DNA of 64,000 nucleotides from Eledone cirrhosa (GCA_964016885.1 OZ024742.1:229090001-229154000), one strand, 5' to 3'; positions 11,686 through 23,745 are shown, numbered from the stretch's first letter. Program-made: numbers and translations. The notes: generated by a model not told the origin, from the sequence alone.

Positions 11686-13753
11686 TTATATGCATTTAAA
11701 AAAAGAAAAAGTCGGTTTCAAACGATGGTTACAGTATAGAGAACGTTCAATTTTGCTGTTCAAAAGTTTGTTTACCGACGTTAAAATGCAGTATATCTCT
11801 AAATTGCATAACTTGCAGAATCGATGATTTTGCTGATATGCAGGCGCAGCTGCAATAATTTGCCAATCAAGGGAGAATGCTTGATTGTTCCTCCGGAGCT
11901 GCCAGGCTTTATCGGCGAGGGTTGTTACGGAGCGCATTCTCTCGTGCCTGATCGAAGATCGATGTTGGTATAGGCGAGCCTTGAAAGAAGTTGCGGTACA
12001 TCCGACGTAATACCATTTGTTGGTTCCGGAATTTATTGTACATCGGTAGACAATATTGCGTGCTAGGCACTGGTTATTCAGTGGGCACGTACCTGGTTTG
12101 GTGCAGTTACAATTATTTTTATGTTTTGCAGTAGAATCCTGGATAGTTTGGTGGGGTTGTAGTTGCGTGTTAGTGCGTTGTATGTTGCTATGCTGGTGCG
12201 CTGAGTCATTAGGGATGTACTTATTTAGTATTGCTGAGTTGAGTTTTTTAATTAGTTGTTCTATGTTAGGTGCAGTGGAGTATGAGAGTCTAATGGTGCG
12301 CGAGTTAAAGATTTTAGAGTATTTATGTGAAGTTGTAAAGTGTTTATTGATTAGTGTATAGAATTGTGAGATAATCTTAGTGCTAATAGAAGAATTGTAC
12401 ACGGGGTTATACCATATGTAATCTCTACGTCTGACTCTATTTGCTGGTTTGCACCTATTAGTATGCCTATTGATGTGTGTGTGTGGTGCAATACTAGTTC
12501 GACTTAGATGTGTTTTATTCATTGTACTTATGTGGTTATCTTCTAGATATTCTATTTTCTCGCAGTAACCAGCTTTTCTAAGTGCGTCATTATAATATTC
12601 AGCATGCTCGTTGAAGGTCTGCGAATTAGACGACAGTCGGGAGATCCTTATGGATATATTTTTAGGGATAGATTTAATAATGGAATGAGGATGGTTCGAT
12701 TTTACATTAACGTACTTGAGATATTCATTAAGTTTGTGAAATGGCTCTATATTACCGTTATTAAAGTTGAAGGTGACATCCAAGAAGTTGACCACCTTAA
12801 GGTTGTGTTCGAAGGTAATATTAAGCCCTAGTTCTAAGAAAAGTTTCCTAGTGTTTTTACGTCGCCTTTCTAGGTTTTGTTTGTTCATATTCTTGACTAA
12901 TAGAAGTGTATCGTTGCGGTATATTCCGCCGTGGGGGTCCGTAAATTCGCTCTGGAGTCTATGGGCTAAGTAGATCCCAACCAGATCCGTGACCTCCGCC
13001 GAATCATTAAAACCGATCGAAATGTCGAATTCCGAGGGTCTATCTCTGCGGACCCAATAACTATTTTCAAAGTGCACTACTGTGCGTCTAGCTTCAAGTA
13101 TAATATTAATTTCCTCGTTTGTGAGGTCCGAGTTAGTCTTAGCGAAAGAGAGGGCCTTATGCAGGGTTTCGGGTGAAATAGAGGACATAGTATTCATCTA
13201 TATCGAATTGAATAAAAGAAGATTTGTTTTTGTCCCTAATGTTATTGAACCATCTTATTGCCTGATGAGTATTACCCCATAATTTAATATCTACCTTAGC
13301 CTTAACTTGGGGGATAATACGATCTAATATGTACTTACTAATTCTACCTATATCGGACTTTGAAGGACATATTAATCTAGTTTTAGGGTTAGTATCGAAG
13401 TTATCCTTATGGTCCTTCTGATTAAAAGTTGGTGTAGCTGGAGATAGGGGTACCGTTCTGTCGTCAATTTTCAGTTTCTTAACAATATCACATGCTGCGT
13501 TATTAATGTTGGTTAGTGTAGTTGCGTTTGTTTTTTTGTACTTCCTATGTAATTCCTTACGTATGAAATTATTATATGTTTCTACATCCATGGTGTATAG
13601 ATTCGATGTTTTGTCTGCCTTTATGATAATTCCTTTGGTATTCCTTAGGTTGTCGAGTAGAGTTTTAATATCTCGTTGTAGTTCGTTTTTCCTTCCGTTT
13701 GTAAATTTGATTCCGGTTATCATTTTCATTAAGTCCTGTTCGAAAGAATCCAA
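11686..13753 (-). pseudogene. PLE RT + C-terminal GIY-YIG ORF, frameshifted near 13190 (ORFs 13157-13753 and 11686-13197), 5'-truncated
   Basis: IKADKTSNLY, RLICPSKSDIGRISK, FIQFDIDEYY, AEVTDLVGIY, GIYRND, VNFLDVTFN, CNC..CPLNNQCLARNIVY..YVGCT, CKLCNLE..LLNSKIE..CNH. Confidence 0.9.
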
Positions 13754-13846
13754 AAGAGGGTTAGAGGGTGGGTTTTTGTAGGATTTGAAACCAAACTTAT
13801 CGTTGTTGGTGTCGGAAGTTTGTGTAATTCTTTTCCTATCGAAGTG

Positions 13847-15483
13847 GATTAGATCGTATTATCCCCCAAGTTAAGGCTAAGGTAGATATTAAATTATGGG
13901 ATAATACTCATCAGGCAATAAGATTGTTCAATAACATTAGGGACAAAAACAAATCTTCTTTTATTCAATTCGATATAGATGAATACTATGTCCTCTATTT
14001 CACCCGAAACCCTGCATAAGGCCCTCTCTTTCGCTAAAACTAACTCGGACCTCACAAACGAGGAAATTAATATTATACTTGAAGCTAGACGCACAGTAGT
14101 GCACTTTGAAAATAGTTATTGGGTCCGCAGAGATAGACCCTCGGAATTCGACATTACGATGGGTTCTAATGATTCGGCGGAGGTCACGGATCTGGTTGGG
14201 ATCTATATATTCTCCAGAGCGAATTTACGGACCCCCACGGCGGAATATACCGCAACGATACACTTCTATTAGTCAAGAATATGAACAAACAAAACCTAGA
14301 AAGGCGACGTAAAAACATTAGGAAACTTTTCTTAGAACTAGGGCTTAATATTACCTTCGAACACAACCTTAAGGTGGTCAACTTCTTGGATGTCACCTTC
14401 AACTTTAATAACGGTAATATAGAGCCATTTCACAAACTTAATGAATATCTCAAGTACGTTAATGTAAAATCGAACCATCCTCATTCCATTATTAAATCTA
14501 TCCCTAAAAATATATCCATAAGGATCTCCCGACTGTCGTCTAATTCGCAGACCTTCAACGAGCATGCTGAATATTATAATGACGCACTTAGAAAAGCTGG
14601 TTACTGCGAGAAAATAGAATATCTAGAAGATAACCACATAAGTACAATGAATAAAACACATCTAAGTTGAACTAGTATTGCACCACACACACACATCAAT
14701 AGGCATACTAATAGGTGCAAACCAGCAAATAGAGTCAGACGTAGAGATTACATATGGTATAACCCCGTGTACAATTCTTCTATTAGCACTAAGATTATCT
14801 CACAATTCTATACACTAATCAATAAACACTTTACAACTTCACATAAATACTCTAAAATCTTTAACTCGCGCACCATTAGACTCTCATACTCCACTGCACC
14901 TAACATAGAACAACTAATTAAAAAACTCAACTCAGCAATACTGAATAAGTACATCCCTAATGACTCAGCGCACCAGCATAGCAACATACAACGCACTAAC
15001 ACGCAACTACAACCCCACCAAACTATCCAGGATTCTACTGCAAAACATAAAAATAATTGTAACTGCACCAAACCAGGTACGTGCCCACAGAATAACCAGT
15101 GCCTAGCACGCAATATTGTCTACCGATGTACAATAAATTCCGGAACCAACAAATGGTATTACGTCGGATGTACCGCAACTTCTTTCAAGGCTCGCCTATA
15201 CCAACATCGATCTTCAATCAGGCACGAGAAAATGCGCTCCGTAACAACCCTTGCCGATAAAGCCTGGCAGCTCCGGAGGAACAATCAAGCATTCTCCCTT
15301 GATTGGCAAATTATTGCAGCTGCGCCTGCATATCAGCAAAATCATCGATTCTGCAAGTTATGCAATTTGGAGATATACTGCATTTTAACGTCGGTAAACA
15401 AACTTTTGAACAGCAAAATTGAACGTTCTCTATACTGTAACCATCGTTTGAAACCGACTTTTTCTTTTTTTAAATGCATATAA
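13847..15483 (+). pseudogene. Second, more truncated and disrupted copy of the same RT/GIY-YIG ORF
   Basis: ORFs 13979-14272, 14281-14670 and 14767-15483 match the minus-strand protein; extra indel at ~14205-14213 and CGA>TGA at 14668. Confidence 0.9.
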
Positions 15484-15893
15484 TGTTACCTTTTTACACC
15501 ACCGTTTGCAAATTTCTGTTTTATATGTTTATACACAAGATATGGCTTTCTATAATAATAGTACTAAACACTGTTTTCTGGACCCCTTTAGAAATAACCT
15601 GCTACTATAATAGCCCCAATAACTTGTCTGTGACACGGTACCACTTTGACCCCTTTAACTAAATTTTGTCCGAACAACACCGCTAGAAGAATTTACTTCC
15701 CCCGCCAACCCTAACACGCCTCATTAAGCTAACTGCTGCCAAAACATTCTCTCCTTACAATCTCTACTAGTCTGACAGTCTTAAATCCTAAGACTCCCTC
15801 CACCTTACTCACTTCCCTCTTCCCCTTCTCTTCCTACCTACTTCTTTATCTTTTATCTAGTGTATAAAATATTTTCATATCATTCCAATACAA

Positions 15894-16010
15894 AGGTCTG
15901 ACGACATGGTGTGTTTGCTTACAGTGTACCTTCGGTTTATGATAATATTTTTATATTATTCAAATAGCGAGGTATAGGTAACCCATACACTATAGAAACA
16001 ATTGTTACCT
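15894..16010 (+). ncRNA. Hammerhead motif with long helix II and palindromic helix III
   Basis: AGGT-CTGACGA-C-ATGGTGTGT..ATACACTAT-A-GAAA-CAATTG-TT-ACCT; GUU triplet. Confidence 0.78.
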
Positions 16011-16053
16011 AATAAATTCTGTATACCCGCATTTCCATTTCAGAAACTTCTTC

Positions 16054-16123
<70 letters not shown>

Positions 16124-16199
16124 AGTGTGTGTTAAATATTTCCGAATAAAAAGCAAAGGAAAAAAGAGTGCTCTATGTATAAAACAGAGCTATTGAATT

Positions 16200-16388
16200 A
16201 GTAAGTGAACAACACAATATATAACTACTCCATTACTAAAGGTTTGAGGACCTTAGACAATAGTAACATACATCTAGTTCGCTCACAGACAGAGGAGTTA
16301 GATGAGCGATGTAGACGTATGTTAATATTATCTAACGTCCTGAGACCTTTGGTAATAGAGTAGTTATATATTGTGTTGTTCACTTACT
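16200..16388. repeat. ~190-bp imperfect foldback hairpin (MITE-like or PLE remnant)
   Basis: AGTAAGTGAACAACACAATATATAACTACTC.. pairs with ..GAGTAGTTATATATTGTGTTGTTCACTTACT. Confidence 0.8.
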
Positions 16389-16466
16389 ATATATATATAT
16401 TTATATAAGGAAAAAAGATGAGATCCAAAATGCAACTGGAGTCTTTTTAAGAATATTTATTTGTTC

Positions 16467-16502
16467 CTTTACAGGTTTCGCAGTTCTTATGCTTTTCAAA
16501 AG
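16467..16502 (-). ncRNA. Minimal hammerhead motif, U3-A8 variant (inverted copy)
   Basis: Reverse complement CTT-TTGAAAA-GCA TAAGAAC TGC-GAAA-CCTG-TA-AAG. Confidence 0.55.
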
Positions 16503-17789
16503 TAGAATTGAGATGGAGGGTTTGTGGTTTTTCTGGCATCTGGTTGGTGTTCGAATGTTACTTCTGTTTTATGTGGAAAAAAGCGGCTCGAAATGCAAGG
16601 TTTCTTTAGAAAAGTAAGAAAAGTAATTTGGTTAGTTGATGCTAACCATACCCCCCCCCACACACATATATCTCCTTCCCCCACTCCTACTAACGGAATA
16701 ATTTTCCTACACACACTCACACACAGACAAATATATATGTTTGCGCTGAGAATACAACAGAACAAATACGAATAAATAAGGAAAATATGTTTATTCAAAA
16801 ATATAGACCAGCATTAAATATAGTTTAATATACATTATGTTAACACCATACCATGTTAATTATCCAAACAGACACATAGATACACACACACACACACACA
16901 TAACACCTATATTCGAAAATAAAAACCAGAGATAAATAAACATTAATATACGTTAATACTCTAACACCTTAACATGCTACCGCCCCCCACATACCAAACT
17001 CCCTACCCCTACACACACACACACACACAAATATATATTCTCTCCATCTTAACATGGTAACCGTACTCCCACACACACATACACAAACAATTATTACCGA
17101 TACACACACATAACTCCTTCCCCCATTTCTACTAATAGAATCATTTTTCTACACACCCACTCATCCACACCCACAGACACCAGCGCACAAATAAAAATAC
17201 ATATCTCTACTTTCTTTATTTCAATAGAAAGTCTGAAGTGTGACACCTCAGCACATCGGCCATGCAAACTAAACCAGTTAAATTCTCCCCATCCCTTTTT
17301 TCTTGACCATTATGTTTTGTTTGGAACAACATTCTCTAAATGGCTACAAAAAAATTCCCAAATACGGGAGCGAAATTTGATGTACTTAGTCACATGACAG
17401 TCATAACCAATCAAATTACACTTATAAAAAAAACTTTTTGAGCCACCTTTTTAAGTGAAAAGAAACTCAAACACGAACTGGCGCGAAACTTTATGTGCTT
17501 ATTCACGTGACTGCATTAACCAACCAAATTTCACTCATATATGAAAAAAAAAAACAATCTGAGACCCCCCCCCCCTCCCTTTTTTTTTTAAAGGCAAATA
17601 TAATAAGAACTTTGTAACGCGAACTGGCGCGAAATTTATTATACTTATTCACGAGACAGTCATCAACCAACCAAATTACTTTTCTAAAAAATCTACCATT
17701 TCGAGCCGCTTTTTTCCACATAAAAGAGAAGTAACATTCGAACACCAACCAGATGCGAGAAAAACCACAAACCCTCCATCTCAATTCTA

Positions 17790-17825
17790 CTTTTGAAAAG
17801 CATAAGAACTGCGAAACCGGTAAAG
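17790..17825 (+). ncRNA. Minimal hammerhead motif, U3-A8 variant
   Basis: CTT-TTGAAAA-GCA TAAGAAC TGC-GAAA-CCGG-TA-AAG; palindromic ACCGGT helix III. Confidence 0.62.
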
Positions 17826-17942
17826 GAACCAAATAATTATTTTTAAAAAGACTCCAGTTGCACTTTCGATTTCTTCTTTTTTCCTTATACTTTCACTCGC
17901 GTACGACATCTCGTTTTCTTTTCATTTTGGAAAAAAACCCTC

Positions 17943-18020
<78 letters not shown>

Positions 18021-18023
<3 letters not shown>

Positions 18024-19005
18024 TTAGTTAAGCAAATCAAGACCACACATTTTACAAGGAAGACATTATATAGTGAAAGAGTGAAGAATAACATGGTACA
18101 AAAGGCTTTTATTTACAGTATTAACAATTGTTTCATTGATTAGGGTGTCTAAAGATTGCTAATCACTTGAAGTTGCGTCACTCAATCTTAAATACAATGT
18201 ATGCCTAATCAAATCATCGGAATAACTGACAAAAATTACACACGACGTTTGTAATATATTAAGAGAATTCAAATAACAACATCAACAATAAAGAAAGAAA
18301 AAAGAAAAAAGAAAAAAGAGAAAAAGAGAAAAAGAGAAAAAGAAAAAGAAAAAGAAAAAGAAAAAGAAAAAGAAAAAGAAAAAGAAAAAGAAAAAAAAGA
18401 AAAAGAAAAAGAAAATGAAAAAGAAAAAGAAAAAGAAAAAGAAAAAGAAAAAGAAAAAGAAAAAGAAAAAATAATAATAAATAAGTAAGCATGAAGATGA
18501 TAAAAATAAGTAAAAAAATATATGTGAAAAAAATGAACAATATGATTGTTGAAAATAGTGGTGGTGGTGGTGGTGGTGGTTAAAGTTATAGTGGTGTGTA
18601 AGAATAAAGATATTATGAGGGTATGATTACTATTAATATGAAAATATTAAATATATACATATGTATTGGTTAAATCACAGAGTAGAAAGAAAAAATGTAA
18701 TGACAACTAATATATAAAAGATAAATTAATAAATTAGAAGTTAGGTGAGACGTGAAGAGATACATGATAGGATATAAGGGAAGAGGCTTTAGGGATAGAG
18801 AATGAAAGAGAGAATGGTTAGGAGATTATGATGTTGATTTAGTGATTAGTTGGTCTATTGACAGTTAATAATAGTGGGTTATTATAATAGAATGTTAGAT
18901 TAGCAATCTTTAGACACCCTAATCAATGAAACAATTGTTAATACTGTAAATAAAACCATTTTTGTACTGTTGACCATGTTATTCTTCAATCTTTCACTAT
19001 ATATA
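18021..19005 (-). mobile_element. Non-coding PLE 3' remnant with ~100-bp inverted arm (18067-18163 / 18898-19004)
   Basis: Inverted repeat, HHR motif, TA flanks; contains a (GAAAAA)n tract at 18295-18470. Confidence 0.7.
18119..18224 (-). ncRNA. Hammerhead motif (CCGATGA core variant)
   Basis: Reverse complement TATT-CCGATGA-TTTGATTAGG..CCTAATCAAT-GAAA-CAATTG-TT-AATA. Confidence 0.62.
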
Positions 19006-19007
19006 TA

Positions 19008-19212
19008 GGTAAGTTATTCCGGGTTGAATCGGAGGTAACCACAGTCAGTAAGGTACTCAATATATAGCAGAGTATAAATGTTTTAATATAGATGAGATTC
19101 TACAGGACTAGAACTGTTTCATTCTTTAGAATGAAACAGTTCTAGTCCTGTAGAATCTCATCATTTAGAGTGAAACAGTTCTAGTCCTCTAGAATCTCAT
19201 CTATATTAAAAC
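19008..19212 (-). mobile_element. Short foldback PLE-terminus remnant
   Basis: GATGAGATTCTACAGGACTAGAACTGTTTCA is present once and its reverse complement twice (19130-19163, 19170-19202); only a GAAAC..GTT half-motif remains. Confidence 0.5.
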
Positions 19213-19235
19213 TATATTTATATATATATATATAT

Positions 19236-19956
19236 ATATCATAAAATATGTCTTTAGAATCAGTAGATATAATATATACCATTTCCTCTCCCAATTAGCA
19301 TAATTATATATGTAAACCTTTATATGTAATAATCTCCCGTTAGGTTGAGATACAATTTGGCGGTATTATGCTACGCTTTCTAGCATTAAGACTACCCCCT
19401 GTAAGCAACTAATCACATCCTTTCTAACTTGACCGCTGTCACGTTACGATTCTTAGCCATTTTTGAATGTATTTTTGGCGCGATCACTTTGGAAAATTAA
19501 GTATCTAATTTTGAGTTCGCTCCTGATGATTCCAAAACTCTAGACATTCCGTTATCGGATGTCTTAAAATACGGACGAAACCATGGTAGAGGTAATTTGG
19601 TATGTACACAATTCTTGTAAGTTCAATTTTTACACCTAATAGTGTTTGGTTGACTGTATATCTGGTCGATTTTTACATGCTGTCGAAATGTTAGATAAAT
19701 AATCTATCGTTGCCGCCGCGAAGGGGCTGCTTTCGGTTATTTGTCGGAGATTTCTTCATAGCAGCCTTTATTCTTATAGCTTTGTCTATTTGATTTTTTA
19801 TATGGTTAATTATGGTAGTTGGGAGAGGAAATGTTATATATTATATCTAATGATTCTAAAGACATATTTTATGATATATAGCTCTGATTGTTTAATTTAT
19901 TAATTTTTCATTGAGCCACAACGCGACCTGTTGCAAAACCCATATATATCTATGAC

Positions 19957-19960
<4 letters not shown>
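19236..19960 (+). mobile_element. TA-flanked element with ~60-bp inverted repeats (19236-19294 / 19819-19878) and an internal HHR
   Basis: ATATCATAAAATATGTCTTTAGAATCA.. is inverted at ..TGATTCTAAAGACATATTTTATGATAT. Confidence 0.65.
19520..19591 (+). ncRNA. Hammerhead motif with palindromic helix III
   Basis: CTC-CTGATGA-T-TCC..(AGACAT TCCG TTAT CGGA TGTCT)..GGA-C-GAAA-CCATGG-TA-GAG. Confidence 0.75.
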
Positions 19961-20029
<69 letters not shown>

Positions 20030-20033
20030 AAAC

Positions 20034-20103
<70 letters not shown>

Positions 20104-20295
20104 TTAGGTTTGTTGGTTCACCACTGGATAGAATTGGTCATTCCGTATGGTCAATCTTGGTGTAATATTGTGGAGAGTACTAAACGTAGTGCAGTTCACC
20201 CGTCTTCGTTTGTGTAGTTGGTGGTGTGAATACGGAGTTAATTATAAATAAAATAACGGGACGCTGGACTTGTGTAAATCCTTGAAAGGTTTATT

Positions 20296-20353
20296 ATACT
20301 ATGATCATTTCAATGACCGGATTCCGTAAGAATCCGGTGATATCATCAGGTAT
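20296..20353 (-). ncRNA. Hammerhead motif with palindromic helix III
   Basis: Reverse complement ATAC-CTGATGA-TATCACCGGATTC TTACG GAATCCGGTCATT-GAAA-TGATCA-TA-GTAT. Confidence 0.75.
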
Positions 20354-20686
20354 TCGAAATATAACAAAGGAATATATAAAAACCATGGGTCCGAAAAATC
20401 AGATACAGAGAGGACGACTGACCAACTAGCTGCTTTCACCTCGGCCAGTCGCCCTCAAGTGATGGTAACTCGGTCTACTAATGACCATCTGGTGAGGGGG
20501 CGAAGGCTTATAATGGACTACCACCTCTCCGTCAAAGAATAAAAAAGGGGAAGAAAGAAAGGAAGAAAGAAGAAAAAAAAAGAAAAAAGAAGAAAGAAGT
20601 CAGCGTAAGGGTCACACTACTGTCATGCTAGAAAATGCAGCGAAAAATGTTATTCCAAAGAGTCTATATTTTAACAAAGGCATATA

Positions 20687-20874
20687 TAATTGTTTCTACT
20701 TTAGGCACAAGGCCAGCAATTAACCAGTGCATTACTGGTACTTTATTTTATCGACCCCGTGAGGATGAAAGGCAAAGTCAACCTCGGCGGGATTTGAACT
20801 CAGATCATAAAGGGACGCAACTATGCTGGAAAGCATGGCGTCCGACCCTCTACCGATACTGCCAATCCACCGCC
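20687..20874 (-). mobile_element. SINE family A
   Basis: Reverse complement of the 2397-2589 type sequence. Confidence 0.85.
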
Positions 20875-22761
20875 GGTGGATATATAATGGGTGTCTGTAT
20901 GGTCTAATGTGTGAACAGAAAATTGGAACGTTAAACTTATGTTACGAGTTATAGGATGAAATTAAATTAAAAAATTAAAAATAAATTGAAAAATAAATTA
21001 AAAAAATAAAAAAATTATTAGAAAATTAAGGTTAAGGTAGCGAAACTTATTTAATGAACTTACAGAGAGAGTCTTATATGAAAAAAAGTTAATCTCGATA
21101 AGATATCAGGGTGGGATATAGAGTAAAGATTAAAGCCTTCGATTGTGAATCCCAGCCAGGACCTCCTAACCACGTGTCAGCCAGTTTCGAGTGGTATCGT
21201 CCAGCGAAAGAAATGGAAATACATTTTTCCGAGTACTCTAGCAACGTAGCTACCTTAGGCCCCGGGTGTGCTAGCGGGAAGCCTACAATATCGACAGGCC
21301 ATCGTCTATACCAAATGAATACTATTAATTCACACATGAGGGGTTTATTTACGTGCCAGTAGAGGCATGATATAGCTAAGTGTTATGCCTAAGCCTGGAG
21401 TTTATAGGTATAAGTATAATATGGCCGTCAAAACAGGCGGCGCGGCGGGCCCGGGGCAAAGCAACCCGCTCCGAGTAATTTCGTTTACCGAAAGAGGGGA
21501 AATTTATTTTCCCAAGCACTCAAGGAAGGCTGAACATTCCGAACGCCCGGCGCGCAGCCGGGAAAAGCCACCATATAAGTCGAAGGTAGCAAACCCAATG
21601 AAAAGTGCAAATAGACTATAATTATTTAAAAGTCCCAGTTAGTCCGGGTTATAAGTAGTGTGGTTCTTTGGTGGGTAGGGGGCTATGAAAGGTGCATAAT
21701 GACCTGGGTAAGGAAAGTTACAAATAAATAAAAGCGGGATACAAAGATAAAATACAAAGATAAAGAATACATTGATAAAAATACATTAATAAACTAATAA
21801 AAGTAAAAAGTAAAATACATAAATAAAACGCCTTCATAGCTAGGGTAGTGATGTAGTAAGACAGAAGTATATAAGAACATATCGGAGGAATCAGAGCAAA
21901 GGGGAAATACAATGTAGATCAAGTTGTAGTAAGATAATACAGGTTGTACATATAGATATAGAGGATGGAAGAGATGACGGAGAGGTGGTAGTGCATTATA
22001 AGCCTTCACCCCCTCATTAGTAGACTGAGTTGCCATCACTTTGAGGGCGACTGGCCGAGGTGAAAGCAGCTAGTTGGTCAGTCGTCTTCTCCGTCTCTGA
22101 TTTTTCGGACCCATGGTTTTTTACATATTCCTTTGTTATATTTCGAATTCATATGGAACCCGGTCATTGAAATGATCATAGTATAATAAACCTTTCAAGG
22201 ATTTATACCAGTCCAGCCTCCTGTTATTTTATATATGGATGTATATGTATGTATGTATATATATATATATATATATGATTCTAATCCAGATACAATTACC
22301 TGTACATTGAGATATTTACAATAAATACCAGCTGCGCAAGATGTTTATATTTATGTGATCATGCAATGGATATTATTCTTGGCTGACTATATTTACTTAC
22401 GACTTACTGGAGAACTCTGTTATATGGCTGAGATATAAGTCATATTTGAATATTTGCGATATACAGAGCGAAAAAAAAAATATTGTGGGAAGTATAAATT
22501 TAAAATGAAGTTAGGCGATCGTTAAAAGAATGGGGTAAAGTACCTCTGAATACTGAACGAATGAAACATAGGCGCCTGTTGGGTTCGATTCCTTACATGC
22601 ACCATTGTCCACGGTTTTCCGTCTCCAATGGTAGTTTACCAGATTTTCTCAATTATTATTTACAGTAATTAACTATTATTACAGTCATTTGGGATGACTT
22701 CCTTTCAAACATTATGAAAATGCTCAATTAATTTGGTATTTTTACACTCCATTAACTTATA

Positions 22762-23241
22762 CTAGCAGAATAACCAGCCTTCGTGTGGTTTTCTGCTAGC
22801 ATGTGTAGTGTGTATATTGATATTATACGCAGGTATACATGTAGATATGATACATCAAATAAAACCGTAATTGACAATATATAATACATAGAAATTGAAC
22901 AAAGACTGCGTTACACTGTCTTATTTAATCAGTAATGTAATCCATGATACATTAAAACAGTCGATATTATATATAAACTGCATTAGGAGAAAATTAGTGA
23001 CAGAAAATTAGTATGTTTATTTAAGCGATGGCCAACCGGAAGTGTTGACATTTCAGAAATTTTAAAGAAGTGAATCTTTAAATAAACAAAATATATTTAA
23101 TAAACAGCCAAGAAATTTAGTAGATAAATTATGTAATATTCATTCATTATTTAATGAAAGTAATCCAACTTATTTTACTAATGGGAGAAACAATTATAAA
23201 CCGTACGCAGTCCCGCGCTCCTTACTTTATTATAGTTTAGA
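22762..23241 (-). mobile_element. Non-autonomous Helitron
   Basis: Minus strand starts A|TCTAAACTATAATAAAG and ends AACCACACGAAGGCTGGTT-ATTCTG-CTAG|T (weak subterminal hairpin, CTAG end, A/T target). Confidence 0.65.
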
Positions 23242-23259
23242 TAATGACTCATGGACACA

Positions 23260-23745
23260 ACAAGAATGATTAAGGAATTCGCTTCACAACGATTAGGTTC
23301 CAGCTTCAGTGTTATTCTGTAGCTTCTTGAGCAAGCATGATTTACAATAGTCTCGATCGACTCATACCATGAGAATGAAATTAGGTAGACGGAAACAGTT
23401 TGGAAGCCAGTTAGAACAATTTTTACGTCGCATTAACTTATTCCGTGAAACGTAGACGCATTATGGCCAAATGGTTAAGGATGTTTTTCCAAATCATTAG
23501 GGCCCAGTTTCGATCTCACTGAGTGGCATCTTGTGCATCACTTACCATAGCATCGGAGTGACTTATGCCTTGTCATAGAAATTGCATAGACGGAAACTGT
23601 TTCAAACTGGTATTGTGTCACGCGGAAACATACTGAGAATTACACTCCGAGTATATGACTCTGTGGAATGCTCAACAATTGACACGTTAATTTCATTGGC
23701 GTCAGAGCTGTTAATGAGACAACTGCAACACTCATGTCTATTCCA
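23260..23745 (+). mobile_element. Diverged tRNA-derived SINE copies (family B), two adjacent
   Basis: tRNA-like heads (ATGGCCAAATGGTTAAG..GTTTCGATCTCAC) followed by the shared TAGACGGAAAC.GTTT segment. Confidence 0.55.

Larger units (their letters stand above)
11001..16056. mobile_element. Naiad-like Penelope element as a head-to-head inverted pair (minus copy ~11001-13846, plus copy ~13847-16051), inserted in (TA)n
   Basis: ~2.2-kb arms 11118-13329 and 13847-16051 are near-identical reverse complements; RT + GIY-YIG in both; HHR in both 3' UTRs. Confidence 0.92.
16403..17950 (+). mobile_element. Non-coding PLE derivative with ~235-bp inverted arms (16403-16640 / 17662-17889), flanked by (TA)n
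   Basis: Arms are reverse complements; each holds an HHR motif. Confidence 0.78.
20102..22235 (-). mobile_element. PLE-type derivative with ~215-bp inverted arms (20251-20466 / 22033-22230), unidentified internal cargo and a nested SINE
   Basis: Arms are reverse complements; HHR intact in the left arm and deleted in the right; the terminus 20103-20160 resembles the reverse complement of 1955-2014. Confidence 0.72.

Noticed and set aside
14668-14670. In-frame TGA as selenocysteine (some Naiad PLEs are selenoproteins)
   Set aside because: The other arm has CGA (Arg) at this position, in a non-conserved linker, so it is a CpG transition; the conserved Cys positions use TGT/TGC
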